Shown piece after piece: positions 10,008 to 19,571 of a stretch of 64,000 nt of DNA. Source of the stretch: a candidate division WOR-3 bacterium. Its GTDB lineage: Bacteria > Hydrothermota > Tepidihabitantia > Tepidihabitantales > Tepidihabitantaceae. The translations under genes and the position numbers were made by a program. The DNA lies in assembly GCA_039801365.1 (NCBI GenBank), contig JBDRUN010000001.1:37711-101710 (forward strand). The letters are read 5' to 3'. Each line of letters starts with the position of its first letter. Position 1 is the stretch's first letter. The notes under the pieces are model-generated. The model was not told the origin of the DNA, did no database searches, and worked only from the letters and a program-made list of their open reading frames with translations.

Positions 10008-11217
10008 CCGCGAACTGGAATCTGGCATCTACAACCGTCTTGTTGTCGTCTCTTCTGAGATTGGTCGCGGCCACCCTTCTTACCTCGACTCGGTCATGCT
10101 TGCCCTGTCCCGACTTACTAGCGGTCAGTCTGACCAGACTGCGAAGCGGTTGACGGTTGCGGGCCTGTCTTCGGGTGTCTCGAGTCTGGCTTGGAAAGCC
10201 GTGCGCGCCGCCTACTACTTCGGCGGCCTTGGCGGCCCGGCGACGTGGCTGTACAACCGGTTACGCTCTCCCGACACCAGGCCATCTCGGCTGCAACTGT
10301 CAATCCTCGGCTCAGGCCTGCGCCGCCGTTTCACCGGCTACGAAGGCATCGTCATGGTTGACCATCCGCTCCTTGCCCACATTCTCGCCGGCGTCTGCCG
10401 CGTTGCCTATGTCCACGGCGAAATCGCTGCGCCTTGTTTCTGTGCCGTACCTTCTGTCTGGCGCACCTTTGTACCGCTAGAGTCAACTGCCGCCCGGCTC
10501 GCCGCGTGGGGCATGAGGCGTGAGGCGCTAGGCGTCTGTGGCCTTTTCATCGAGCCCCAACTGGTCGAACAGGCCGAGCCAGCCTATGCTGCTCGCATCC
10601 AACGCCTTGACCCGTCTTCTGATACCCGTCTCACTGTTGGCTTCTTTACCTCTGGAGCACACCCTCGTCCGCATCTGCGGCACATCATTCTTGCCGCCGC
10701 TTCGGTTGCCAGAGTCGGGCATAATGCAATCGTATTCTGGGGCCTCGGCTGGCTGCGTGCGGCCAAAGCTCAACTGTTGCTTCAGCGGTTGGCACTGCCC
10801 GACGGTTCGGTACGGCCGGTCTGGGCACGTACCCGGCAGGATGAAACAACTCGCACCGCTGAGCTATTCCCACAACTGGACGTATTGGTAGCTGCGGCCC
10901 ACGAACGTACCAACTGGGCTGTTGGCCTTGGTTTGCCGATGTTTGCGCTTCTCCCCCATATCGGCCCATTTGCCCGCGAGAACTTCGAGTTTGCACAGCA
11001 ACAGGGCGTCTGCCTTCCACTTGTGTCCGCAGACGATGCCGCGGCCCTGGGTTCATCGCTTGGCGCGCTACGCCGGTATGGGCGGCTGGCCGAGATGGCC
11101 CGCGCCGGCTGGCGCCGATATCCCATCACCGGAGCCGAAAGAGCAGCCCGCAGCCTGCTGGAGTCTATCGCACTGGATCAGCCCGGTCTTAGTAAGGCAG
11201 AAAGCGTCGTTGACTGA
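9868..11217 (+). CDS. Putative GT-B glycosyltransferase (MurG/MGDG-synthase-like); N-terminus uncertain
   Basis: The C-terminal half looks like a GT28-type fold (…VLVAAAHERTNWAVGLGLPMFALLPHIGPFARENFEFAQQQGVC…). There is an N-terminal SSEIGRGHPSY motif. The annotated start lies inside repeat copy 2, so the real start is probably downstream of 10010. Confidence 0.4.
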   Translation: MTARSAPFPLPSQFKNWQVGLMPRACALTAPLPLPSPLKGEGIKGRGRELESGIYNRLVVVSSEIGRGHPSYLDSVMLALSRLTSGQSDQTAKRLTVAGLSSGVSSLAWKAVRAAYYFGGLGGPATWLYNRLRSPDTRPSRLQLSILGSGLRRRFTGYEGIVMVDHPLLAHILAGVCRVAYVHGEIAAPCFCAVPSVWRTFVPLESTAARLAAWGMRREALGVCGLFIEPQLVEQAEPAYAARIQRLDPSSDTRLTVGFFTSGAHPRPHLRHIILAAASVARVGHNAIVFWGLGWLRAAKAQLLLQRLALPDGSVRPVWARTRQDETTRTAELFPQLDVLVAAAHERTNWAVGLGLPMFALLPHIGPFARENFEFAQQQGVCLPLVSADDAAALGSSLGALRRYGRLAEMARAGWRRYPITGAERAARSLLESIALDQPGLSKAESVVD

Positions 11218-11264
11218 GCAAAGCCGGCAGTGTAGTATGGCTGAAGTCTAACAAGGAGAGTGTA

Positions 11265-11747
11265 ATGCGAGTACTGTCCGTCGTTGCCGCGCTCGCGCTG
11301 TTCGTCATGAGCTGCGGGCAGAAGAAGGAACAACCGCCAGCGGCTCGAACCGAGCCGGCGTCGGTCGTCGTACCGGAATCGGTCAAGCCGCAGGCCGAGC
11401 CGGCCGCAGTGCCTGAAACGCCTAAACCTGCGCCGGCCGCAGTCGCGCAGCCAGAAGAGCCGGCCCGGCATCTGCCCAAGCTCTGGGATTTCTGGGCCAC
11501 CTGGTGCCCACCCTGCCGCGAGCAGAAGCCGATTGTCGAGGAGCTGGCCAAGGAGTACGCCGGCGTAGTCGAGGTCAAATCAATTGACGTTGACGAAAAC
11601 AAGGACCTTGCCCAGAAGTTCAATGTTCAGGCAATCCCAACACTAGTCTTTCTTGACACCCATGGCAACGAACTCTCACGCCGGGTCGGACTGTTTCCCA
11701 AAGATTCAATTGTCGGGCGATTCCGCACCCACGGGTTCATCAAGTAG
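11265..11747 (+). CDS. Thioredoxin-family lipoprotein (WCPPC active site)
   Basis: Lipoprotein signal MRVLSVVAALALFVMSCGQ. Active site WATWCPPCREQ. RBS AAGGAG upstream. Confidence 0.85.
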   Translation: MRVLSVVAALALFVMSCGQKKEQPPAARTEPASVVVPESVKPQAEPAAVPETPKPAPAAVAQPEEPARHLPKLWDFWATWCPPCREQKPIVEELAKEYAGVVEVKSIDVDENKDLAQKFNVQAIPTLVFLDTHGNELSRRVGLFPKDSIVGRFRTHGFIK

Positions 11748-14156
11748 GTGAAACACCACCAACCGCTGTTCGCCGGCCGGACCTGGGCCTGGGGACGTTA
11801 CCGCCTGGGGTTGATGATATGCGCCGGCTTTATGACGACGGTCGCCCACGGCCAGACCGGAAACGTCTTCATCGTCAACATTGACGGCCCGCGCTACACT
11901 GAAGGATTCGGCGCCGGTGCCACCAACATGCCGTATATCTGGGACAGTCTGCGGCCGCTTGGCACAACCTACTCGAACTTCTACAACACCGGCGTCACCT
12001 ATACCAACTCGGCTCACTCCACGATTGTCTCAGGTGTCCGGCAGTTGCTTCAGAACAGTCTGAACTGCGGCTCTCAGATTCGCACCCGTGACCCGGGCAT
12101 TGGCGAGTACTTCCGTCGACACACCGGCGCCCGGCTCGGCGACGCTGCGTACATTGATGGAAAACCCCTGATGTGGGGCTACCCGGCCAGCACCGCAGTC
12201 GGCTACGGACCGGCCTGGGCGCCAACGATTGTCTACACAACTGATGAAGATGACTGGGCCACCCTGGAATCAACCTTTGCCGTCATCAACCGCAATCACC
12301 CAAAGCTCTGCTACGTACTCTTCGGTGAAGTTGACCACGCCGGTCATACCGGCGACACCGCCAAGTACATCGGCTCAATCCGCAAGGCCGACCTGCTGAC
12401 CTGGCTGCTCTGGCGTAAGCTCCAGTCCGATACCGTGTACCGCGACCGTACGACGTTCATCATCACCAACGACCACGGCCGGCACGACGACGCCCACGGC
12501 GGCTGGAAGAACCATGGCTGCTACTGTCGTGGCTGTCGCCACGTGATGTTTCTTGCAATCGGCCCAGAAATCAGGGCCGACACGGTAATAACCACCATCC
12601 GCGACCAGATTGACCTGGCACCAACAATCGGCTATCTGCTCGGCTTCCCAACACCGTTCGCCCAAGGCACGATAATAGACGAAATGCTAAAGCAGCCCAG
12701 CGCCAGAAACCGGTGCGAAACGTACGGCGCAGGAAGCACTACCGGCCCTGACCAGAATGAGATAAACCTCTCAACCTCTGTGGCCCACTCTCGCGCCGCG
12801 GACATCGCCCGTACCAGCCAGGCCTTGCACGTCGTTTACGCGGACCACAGCCGGGGGCAGTTCGAAACCTACTACACACGCTCGACTGATGCCGGGCTCA
12901 CCTGGTCCACGCCCACAGTACTTTTCTCAGCCGAGTCCGGCACAAGCTACAGCGAACCAGTGATTGCTGCCGCCGGTGAAATCATTATCGTTGCCGCAAC
13001 CGGCATCCGGTGGCTGCCAGCCGAAACTACCTTCACCTGGGTGCTGAGCAAGCGCCGCTCGACCGATGCCGGGCTTACCTGGGACAGTATCGCTGACCTA
13101 GGAATCCTTGAGACCGTAAGCTCGCGGCCGGGAATCGCGGTCTTCGGTAACCGGGTGAGTATCGCGGCCGGGTGCGACCGCCGGATGGTCAACTTTGTGA
13201 GCGAAGACACCGGCGCCACCTTTGGTCCGGCTGCCGAACTTACCGCGGACGCCAAGCACTATCCGCAACGACCCGCTTCAGTAATCATTGACAGTGCCTG
13301 TGCGGTCTGGGAAGACTGCTTTGCCGACCGCGTACGTCAGTACCACGACCTCTGGTTTGACCGCGAACCCTGGCGCACCGAAGACATCCGCATAACCAAC
13401 AACGACGCTAACACCTACTCCTACCAGCCCGCAGTAACGCGGGACCTTGCCGGCACGCTCCACCTTGCCTACAGCCATCTACCTGACGCTGCGGCTGGCA
13501 ACCGCTGGCAGGTATGTTACCGCCGAAGCACCGACCGGGGCCTGACCTGGACAGGGCCTGAATCCCTGAGCATCGGAAAGATTGGCCGTGCGCCAGCGAT
13601 TCGCGCTGCCGGCGGCCGCTTGACCTGCGTCTGGCAGTCCTACGAACCACCGTACTGGAATATCAAAGGTTGTTTCTCCACTGACCAAGGCCGTACCTGG
13701 ACTGCACCGGGGCCGATGTCATCTCCGCTTGCCTTGTCAGCCGAACCCAGGCTTGCTGTACGCGCCGACACCGCATACGTCGTCTGGGAAGACAACCGCG
13801 ACGGCAACTGGGAAATCTACTTCTCAAGGCACATCTTCGCCGGGTCGGCAAAGCAGGAAGAAAATGCCCCACCGCCCACCGTCCGCAATCAACTCGAAGT
13901 CAATCCGAATCCGTGCCGCGGCTCTGCTGTCCTGCATATCTCGTACCGCACCGGACGCAATACGTCTCTTGCCATCTACGACGCCTCCGGTGCACTCGTC
14001 CGTTCGCTTCCGGCGCCATGCTTAGTGCCCAGCGCGTCGAGCATCGTCTGGAACGGCCTTGACGATGCTGGTCAGCCCCTGCCGGCCGGCGTTTACTCCT
14101 GTATTCTGAGCACGAACGAACACACTTGTGCAAGACAGCTAGTCCTGCTCAGATGA
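11748..14156 (+). CDS. Secreted multidomain protein: AlkP-superfamily phosphoesterase-like domain + BNR/Asp-box propeller + T9SS C-terminal domain
   Basis: GTG start directly after the upstream stop, with a signal peptide. The N-terminal domain carries metal-ligand-like HTGD and DHGRHDD…HGGWKNHG motifs. There are multiple SxDxGxTW Asp-boxes (RSTDAGLTW, STDQGRTW, RSTDRGLTW). The tail is …LAIYDASGALVRSLP…VWNGLDDAGQPLPAGVYSCIL. Confidence 0.75.
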   Translation: MKHHQPLFAGRTWAWGRYRLGLMICAGFMTTVAHGQTGNVFIVNIDGPRYTEGFGAGATNMPYIWDSLRPLGTTYSNFYNTGVTYTNSAHSTIVSGVRQLLQNSLNCGSQIRTRDPGIGEYFRRHTGARLGDAAYIDGKPLMWGYPASTAVGYGPAWAPTIVYTTDEDDWATLESTFAVINRNHPKLCYVLFGEVDHAGHTGDTAKYIGSIRKADLLTWLLWRKLQSDTVYRDRTTFIITNDHGRHDDAHGGWKNHGCYCRGCRHVMFLAIGPEIRADTVITTIRDQIDLAPTIGYLLGFPTPFAQGTIIDEMLKQPSARNRCETYGAGSTTGPDQNEINLSTSVAHSRAADIARTSQALHVVYADHSRGQFETYYTRSTDAGLTWSTPTVLFSAESGTSYSEPVIAAAGEIIIVAATGIRWLPAETTFTWVLSKRRSTDAGLTWDSIADLGILETVSSRPGIAVFGNRVSIAAGCDRRMVNFVSEDTGATFGPAAELTADAKHYPQRPASVIIDSACAVWEDCFADRVRQYHDLWFDREPWRTEDIRITNNDANTYSYQPAVTRDLAGTLHLAYSHLPDAAAGNRWQVCYRRSTDRGLTWTGPESLSIGKIGRAPAIRAAGGRLTCVWQSYEPPYWNIKGCFSTDQGRTWTAPGPMSSPLALSAEPRLAVRADTAYVVWEDNRDGNWEIYFSRHIFAGSAKQEENAPPPTVRNQLEVNPNPCRGSAVLHISYRTGRNTSLAIYDASGALVRSLPAPCLVPSASSIVWNGLDDAGQPLPAGVYSCILSTNEHTCARQLVLLR

Positions 14157-14205
14157 CAGGTATCTGTACTATACTTTTCTCGGTTCTGAGATGAGAGGAG
14201 GCAGT

Positions 14206-16542
14206 ATGAGAGCATCGTTACTGTGTGTCTTGGCCGCAGCTGCTTTCGGCCAGGTGACCGAGAACGTTTTCATCATCAACATTGACGGCCTGCGCTACAC
14301 TGAAGGATTCGGCGCCGGCCGGACCAATATGCCGTTTGTCTGGGACAGCCTGCGACCCCGCGGTGCAATCTACACCGAACTCTACAACACCGGCATCACC
14401 GTGACCAATGCCGGCCACTCAACCATCACCGCCGGAGTCCGGCAGCTCCTACAGAATAACGCTGACACACTCCTCTCGCCGGTCCGGCCACGTGAACCAA
14501 GCGTGGCCGAGTACTACCGCCGGTACAAAGGCGCGCCCGCGACCGCCGCTGTCTTCGTTAGCGGCAATCCGGCCTGGCGCTACCCGGTCAGCACCTACCC
14601 GGGTTTCGGCGACACCTGGGCGCCAACCATCCGGCAGACCAAAGAAGACGACCTTGAAACCTGGGACTCAGTGCAGGCGGTCATCAGCCGGTATCACCCG
14701 AAGCTATGCTACGTACTCTTCGGAGAAGTTGACCTTGCCGGCCATACCGGCGACACCGCCTACTATATCGGTGCTATCCGCCAGGCCGACTCGCTTACCT
14801 GGCAGCTCTGGACCCGGCTCCAGGCCGACACCCTCTATCGCAACCGCACGACGCTCATCCTCACCACCGACCACGGCCGGCACGACGACACCCACGGTGG
14901 CTGGAAAAACCACGGCTGCTCCTGTCGCGGATGCCGACATCTCATCTTCCTTGCGGTCGGCCCGGAAATCATTGCCGACACAATGATAACCGTAATCCAC
15001 GACCAGATTGACATCGCGCCAACCATCGGCTGTCTGCTCGGATTCCCCACGCCCCTGGCCCAGGGCTCGGCAATGACCGAGATGTTCATGAAACATCCTC
15101 CCGCCGTGCCGCAGCCGCAGCACTGGCCAGCCGACGCCGACGTGAACGTCTCAAGGTCACCGGGTCTGTCCCGCTCAGCCGACATCATCCGCACTGCTGC
15201 CGGCCTGCATGTCGTCTTCTCCGACCGCACTGGCGGACAGTACCAGGTCTACTACTGCCGCAGCACCGACGGCGGCTCAACCTGGTCCGTGCCAAAGGTA
15301 ATCATGCCGGCTGCGTCACCATCCGGCTGTCTTGAACCGGTCATTGCCGCAGTCAGCGATACGCTCATCGTCGGCTGTGCCTGCCTCCGCTGGGTTCCAA
15401 CCGAGACAACATTTGTCTGGACGCTATCAACCTGCCGCTCGACCGATGCCGGTGTAACCTGGGACACACCCTTAGACATTGACACCCTGACAACCGTAAG
15501 CTGCAAGCCGGCAATCACATCAATCGGCCGGCGAGTCTTCATTATTGCTAACCTCGACAATCAACTGAAAAGCTACCTGAGCCGCGATGCGGGCGCGACG
15601 TTCGACTCGGGCGCAGCCGTGGCAGTCGAAGGTAAGTACCACCCCCAGTGGCCTTCGGCCACGACCCTTGACACATCCTGCTATGCAGTCTGGCAGGCCT
15701 GCAACCCTGACCTCGCTCACCCTTACCACGACATCTGGTTCGACTGCGAGCCGTGGCACGAAGAAGACGTGATGCTGACCCATAACGACACCCTCAGCTT
15801 CTCCTACCAACCATGCATGACCCGCGACGTGTACGGCGTTCTCCACGTCGCCTACTGCCACCTACCCGACGCTTCAGCTGGCAACCGCTGGCAGATAAAC
15901 TACATTCGCAGCCTGGACCGTGGCCTTACCTGGAGCATGCCAATCAAGCTCAACACCGTAAAGGTTGGCTATACACCTGCAGTCCGCGCCTCGATTGACG
16001 GCCGGGTATCGTGCGTTTGGTCGGTGTTCAGTGACCCGCTCCGCCGCATCAACGGTGCCCGCTCAACCGACATTGGCCGAACCTGGTCTGCACCTGAGCC
16101 GATTTCGGCCCTGAGCGAGTTTGCGGTCGAGCCGAAACTGGCGGTCCGCAGTGACACCGCGTTTGTCGTCTGGGAAGACAACCGCGACGGTAACTGGGAA
16201 ATCTACTTCGCCAAAAAGGTCCTTACCGGGGCCGGCCTGGCCGAGGAAAGCCCAACCCCTCACGCCGTACGCCCTGTGTTGACTGTCGAGCCAAGCCTTT
16301 TCCGCGGCTTTACGGTCCTGCGTGTCGCGGCAGGCACCGCGCACAGTGCGTCACTTGCCATCTACGACGCCTCCGGCGCACTCGTCCGTTCGCTCCCAGT
16401 ACCAAGATTGGCACCCGGTACGTCAAACATCGTTTGGAATGGCCGCGACATCGCTGACCACCCCCTGCCGGCCGGAATCTACTTTGTGCGGCTTGAACTG
16501 CCCGGAGCCGAACTCACCCGCAGCCTGGTGAAACTGGACTAG
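14206..16542 (+). CDS. Paralog of the previous gene (AlkP-like + BNR propeller + T9SS tail)
   Basis: Same architecture, with long stretches identical to 11748–14156. I prefer the second ATG at 14206, after the GAGAGGAGG RBS. Confidence 0.75.
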   Translation: MRASLLCVLAAAAFGQVTENVFIINIDGLRYTEGFGAGRTNMPFVWDSLRPRGAIYTELYNTGITVTNAGHSTITAGVRQLLQNNADTLLSPVRPREPSVAEYYRRYKGAPATAAVFVSGNPAWRYPVSTYPGFGDTWAPTIRQTKEDDLETWDSVQAVISRYHPKLCYVLFGEVDLAGHTGDTAYYIGAIRQADSLTWQLWTRLQADTLYRNRTTLILTTDHGRHDDTHGGWKNHGCSCRGCRHLIFLAVGPEIIADTMITVIHDQIDIAPTIGCLLGFPTPLAQGSAMTEMFMKHPPAVPQPQHWPADADVNVSRSPGLSRSADIIRTAAGLHVVFSDRTGGQYQVYYCRSTDGGSTWSVPKVIMPAASPSGCLEPVIAAVSDTLIVGCACLRWVPTETTFVWTLSTCRSTDAGVTWDTPLDIDTLTTVSCKPAITSIGRRVFIIANLDNQLKSYLSRDAGATFDSGAAVAVEGKYHPQWPSATTLDTSCYAVWQACNPDLAHPYHDIWFDCEPWHEEDVMLTHNDTLSFSYQPCMTRDVYGVLHVAYCHLPDASAGNRWQINYIRSLDRGLTWSMPIKLNTVKVGYTPAVRASIDGRVSCVWSVFSDPLRRINGARSTDIGRTWSAPEPISALSEFAVEPKLAVRSDTAFVVWEDNRDGNWEIYFAKKVLTGAGLAEESPTPHAVRPVLTVEPSLFRGFTVLRVAAGTAHSASLAIYDASGALVRSLPVPRLAPGTSNIVWNGRDIADHPLPAGIYFVRLELPGAELTRSLVKLD

Positions 16543-16621
16543 CCGCCCGTCGCCTCTATCTTCAACCTATTCGCCCTTCACCCGCACGCGTGGTCTGGTC
16601 ACTCCCGACCGTTGACGCTAA

Positions 16622-17118
16622 TCACCAGGTTGGGGTTACACACTAATTTGCGTTTCTTGGCACTGACGCAGCTTAGTCTTCTCCCAGGGCGCTAGCTTCC
16701 AGACCTTGGGCACGGAGACGCACAAAAGCTTCGGCACCAGCATGACCAATGACTCGGGCACAAGCACGAGTAAGCCGACCCAGAACCCGTGCAGCCGACA
16801 CTTCCAGGCAAAGCCCAATAACGCGCTTCTGTAGCCGCCTGGGTACGTACAAGAGAACTGACCCGGCAAGCTACTACGGTGCAGGGGCTTCAGTCCCACC
16901 CGCGCAGAGGCCTGCGGGCAGACTCAAGCTAAGACCCCGGGCTTGGCCGCCTACCCGGCGACCCCTACCCTTGAATTGTCGGCCTTGAGTTTCGCCCCAA
17001 CTTGCGGATAACACTGGCGTTGTGCACCATGGACAGGAATTGGCATCACCGACCGTCGTGCCTAGCCGATTGTCTGGCCACGGCACCAATACCCGGCTTG
17101 ACTTTCCGGCCCAACCAG
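16622..17118 (+). ncRNA. rnpB: Probable RNase P RNA (bacterial type A-like)
   Basis: A 570-bp GC-rich gap without ORFs. Plus-strand matches to RNase P motifs: GUCCCACCCGCGCAGAGGCC resembles E. coli M1 CUCCACCCGGAGCAAGGCC. CACGGCACCAAUACCCGGCUUGAC near the 3' end resembles CACGACAGAACCCGGCUUAUC (P4 3' strand). GAGUAAGCCGACCC is a P4 5'-strand candidate. The terminal GGUUGGG/CCCAACC complementarity looks like P1. The boundaries are approximate. Confidence 0.4.
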
Positions 17119-17130
17119 AGAACATATTTC

Positions 17131-17685
17131 ATGAAGAAAAACACCCGCGAGACCCTGCTGACGATTCTGTATATCCTGCTTGGCATCGGCGCTGCCGTTC
17201 TGGCCGGATACTGGGTCATCGGCCGGCCGTTCTTTCGCCACGGCAGCATCCTTGTACGGTTTCTGGTCGTCGGGTTCTCCGGCTCGCTGGTCTATGCCGC
17301 AGCCCGACTCCGGGGCCTGGGCTATTGCATCATGATGATCGTGCTCATGTTCCTTGGCCAGGTTGCACTTGATCCGCCCCTTCGTGCAGAGTCAGCAATC
17401 ATCGCCGCGCTCTGGGCTCTGCCGGTCGGGATTGCGTTCACGGCTTCCGGCTTCACATTCAAGTCTCTGGAACGTATCCCAATTGGCAAATTCATCATCA
17501 TGGCCCTGTTTGTCGGTCTGGGATACGGCATCGGCATGGTCGCCTTCTTGATAAGGGCACACGCGGCACTACACCTCGCTCCAGTCTTGCGGCAGACGGT
17601 TGCCGGACTCAAGGTCGGTGCGCTCATGGGGTTGGGCATGGAAATCGTTGACCTGGTCGGCAAGGCGCTCAAGGGCCAGGACTAG
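17131..17685 (+). CDS. Hypothetical integral membrane protein (5–6 TM)
   Basis: Hydrophobic throughout. The start is moved to the ATG (MKKNTRETLL…) that follows the non-coding gap. Confidence 0.5.
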   Translation: MKKNTRETLLTILYILLGIGAAVLAGYWVIGRPFFRHGSILVRFLVVGFSGSLVYAAARLRGLGYCIMMIVLMFLGQVALDPPLRAESAIIAALWALPVGIAFTASGFTFKSLERIPIGKFIIMALFVGLGYGIGMVAFLIRAHAALHLAPVLRQTVAGLKVGALMGLGMEIVDLVGKALKGQD

Positions 17686-17703
17686 CCGCAGAATACGACC
17701 GTA

Positions 17704-18303
17704 GTGGCAACGCTATCAGCCGTCCTTGACTGGCATTTTGCCCGCTATCCCCTGCTCCAGGCATCGGATATCTACAAACTTGTTCATCAGGGCGTATTCG
17801 GACCCGGACATCTCCTAATGGACACAGACGGTCAATCGCTTGTTCACGGCCGGGCGTCAGAGTCGGCTCAGGCCCGAATGCATGCCGATGTACGTCGAGG
17901 ACTTGAAGAAGAGCTTGTACGGCTGTCATCGCGAGGCTCTGCTTCCGAAGAAACCGAGCCACTTGACCCGGACGGAAGGCTCATCCGCGTCAATCTTGCC
18001 TGGTTGCGCAGAGACACCGACGCTATCTTGCGCCTGACCCATGCCGTCGTGCAGACATGCCTGATAGTCAAGCCTGACCTGCAAATGACGAACCGACGTC
18101 TGTCTGAAGCGGTCGCCTGGTGTGGAAGAAACATACCTGACCAGGTAGTCTGGCTTGAAGAAATGGCCGAAGCCGGAGCCAAAGAGAACTACCCGCCCGT
18201 TCATCACTCAAGGGTGTATGCGACTGCATACCACCCAGCCTACCGCGTTGTCAGACAGGACTTCTGGACACCGCGCCGCCGAGGCAGCCCCGCAGGCCCC
18301 TGA
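17704..18303 (+). CDS. Hypothetical protein
   Basis: 199-aa ORF tightly following the membrane protein gene. No motif I recognise. Confidence 0.4.
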   Translation: MATLSAVLDWHFARYPLLQASDIYKLVHQGVFGPGHLLMDTDGQSLVHGRASESAQARMHADVRRGLEEELVRLSSRGSASEETEPLDPDGRLIRVNLAWLRRDTDAILRLTHAVVQTCLIVKPDLQMTNRRLSEAVAWCGRNIPDQVVWLEEMAEAGAKENYPPVHHSRVYATAYHPAYRVVRQDFWTPRRRGSPAGP

Positions 18304-18385
18304 TTCCTGCGCAAGTCGCACGCAGGACTAGTCTTCACCATCACCATTTTCCTTCCCCGTCGAAGGAGAGGGAACTGGAGCTGGC

Positions 18386-19087
18386 CTAACTGTCGTCGGC
18401 AACCCCGATTCGGCAGCACCAGCGCTTGACCGGGCAGACCGAGCATCGGGGATGCTGAGGCCGGCAGATTGTCTGGCCCAAAGCAACGAGAAGGCAATTC
18501 CACTCAATCCAGTGCCGCCTGGGCAACACTACCTCAAGCTGCCTTTCGGTCTGTTCCGGCGTTCTCGTGCGCACCAGGCCGAGCCGGTTCGATATGCGGT
18601 GTACATGAGCATCTACCGCTATTGCCGGAACCCCGAAACCTCTTGACAGTACGATGTTTGCAACCTTGCGGCCGACCCCGGGCAACTGCAGGAGCTCATC
18701 CATAGTGCGCGGCACCTCGCCTTGCCCGCATCGGACCAGCAGCCGACCAATCGCACAAAGCTGCCGTGCTTTCACCCGGTAGAATCCTACCGGGTAGATA
18801 AGCTTCTCGATTTGGACTGGCCGAAGTTTGCTCAGTTCTTCGGGTCCTGGAGCCGCGCGAAGCAGCCGGGCACTAGCCGCTGATGTAACCGGGTCCTGAG
18901 TCCGGGTCGAGAGCACCGCGGAAATTAGTATTCGGAACGGGCCTTGGCTTGGCATCTTCTTCACCGGCGCATCAGCCTGTCGGTAAGCGCGGCGGAGCGC
19001 ACCAACCAGCGAGCCCATGGCTGACCGCCAGCGGCTTGCAGCCACCGGTGAGCGTACCGATTTCAGCAATCCCGAACTCAGTGTCAA
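18386..19087 (-). CDS. nth: Endonuclease III (HhH-GPD, 4Fe-4S)
   Basis: HhH motif LPGVGRKVANIV. Catalytic region …VDAHVHRISNRLGL. C-terminal C-x6-C-x2-C-x5-C cluster (CRPQHPRCSVCPVKRWC). Confidence 0.85.
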   Translation of the reverse strand: MTLSSGLLKSVRSPVAASRWRSAMGSLVGALRRAYRQADAPVKKMPSQGPFRILISAVLSTRTQDPVTSAASARLLRAAPGPEELSKLRPVQIEKLIYPVGFYRVKARQLCAIGRLLVRCGQGEVPRTMDELLQLPGVGRKVANIVLSRGFGVPAIAVDAHVHRISNRLGLVRTRTPEQTERQLEVVLPRRHWIEWNCLLVALGQTICRPQHPRCSVCPVKRWCCRIGVADDS

Positions 19088-19106
19088 CCGGGTTTGATTT
19101 CGGTGG

Positions 19107-19520
19107 TCAGATCCCGAGTACTGTCAGAAGCCCAAGGAACCCCATCGTCATGATTGCGACGACCGCCACAACAAGTAGCCACGGATGAAGTCGCATGACC
19201 GGCGGCAATTCACCTGGTGTTTTGGGCTGACCAAAGGTCACCAGGCTGGCGGCAAGCGCCAGGATTACGGTAGTAATGGCCAGCGGCACATGGAAGCTCA
19301 GCGCTGGCATCTTGCTCTGCACACGCAGTACCAGCGCCACGATAAACCCGAGCACCATATTGGCAACGCATAGAAGAAAGAACACGGTACTGCGAACCCG
19401 TTGCCGGCGTAATGGGAAGTCCCAGTCGGTAAGTCGGCGGACGCTAGTCTGGGCCGTGATGATGCCGTAAATCATCGTCGCCACGGCCAAAATCGGGTGA
19501 AGAAACCCGTACCAGGGCAT
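19107..19520 (-). CDS. Hypothetical small membrane protein (4 TM)
   Basis: 137 aa, hydrophobic, same strand and close to nth. Confidence 0.45.
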   Translation of the reverse strand: MPWYGFLHPILAVATMIYGIITAQTSVRRLTDWDFPLRRQRVRSTVFFLLCVANMVLGFIVALVLRVQSKMPALSFHVPLAITTVILALAASLVTFGQPKTPGELPPVMRLHPWLLVVAVVAIMTMGFLGLLTVLGI

Positions 19521-19571
19521 CTCAGGAGAACGACCAATGACAAAGGTCTGCTTGGCGCGGCAAGGTCTCGC

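Noticed and set aside
16560-17130. tmRNA (ssrA) in the ORF-free gap
   Set aside because: I find no tRNA-like 3' end (T-arm GGTTCGAAT-type followed by CCA) and no plausible tag reading frame ending in a hydrophobic A/L-rich peptide. The RNase P motifs fit better.
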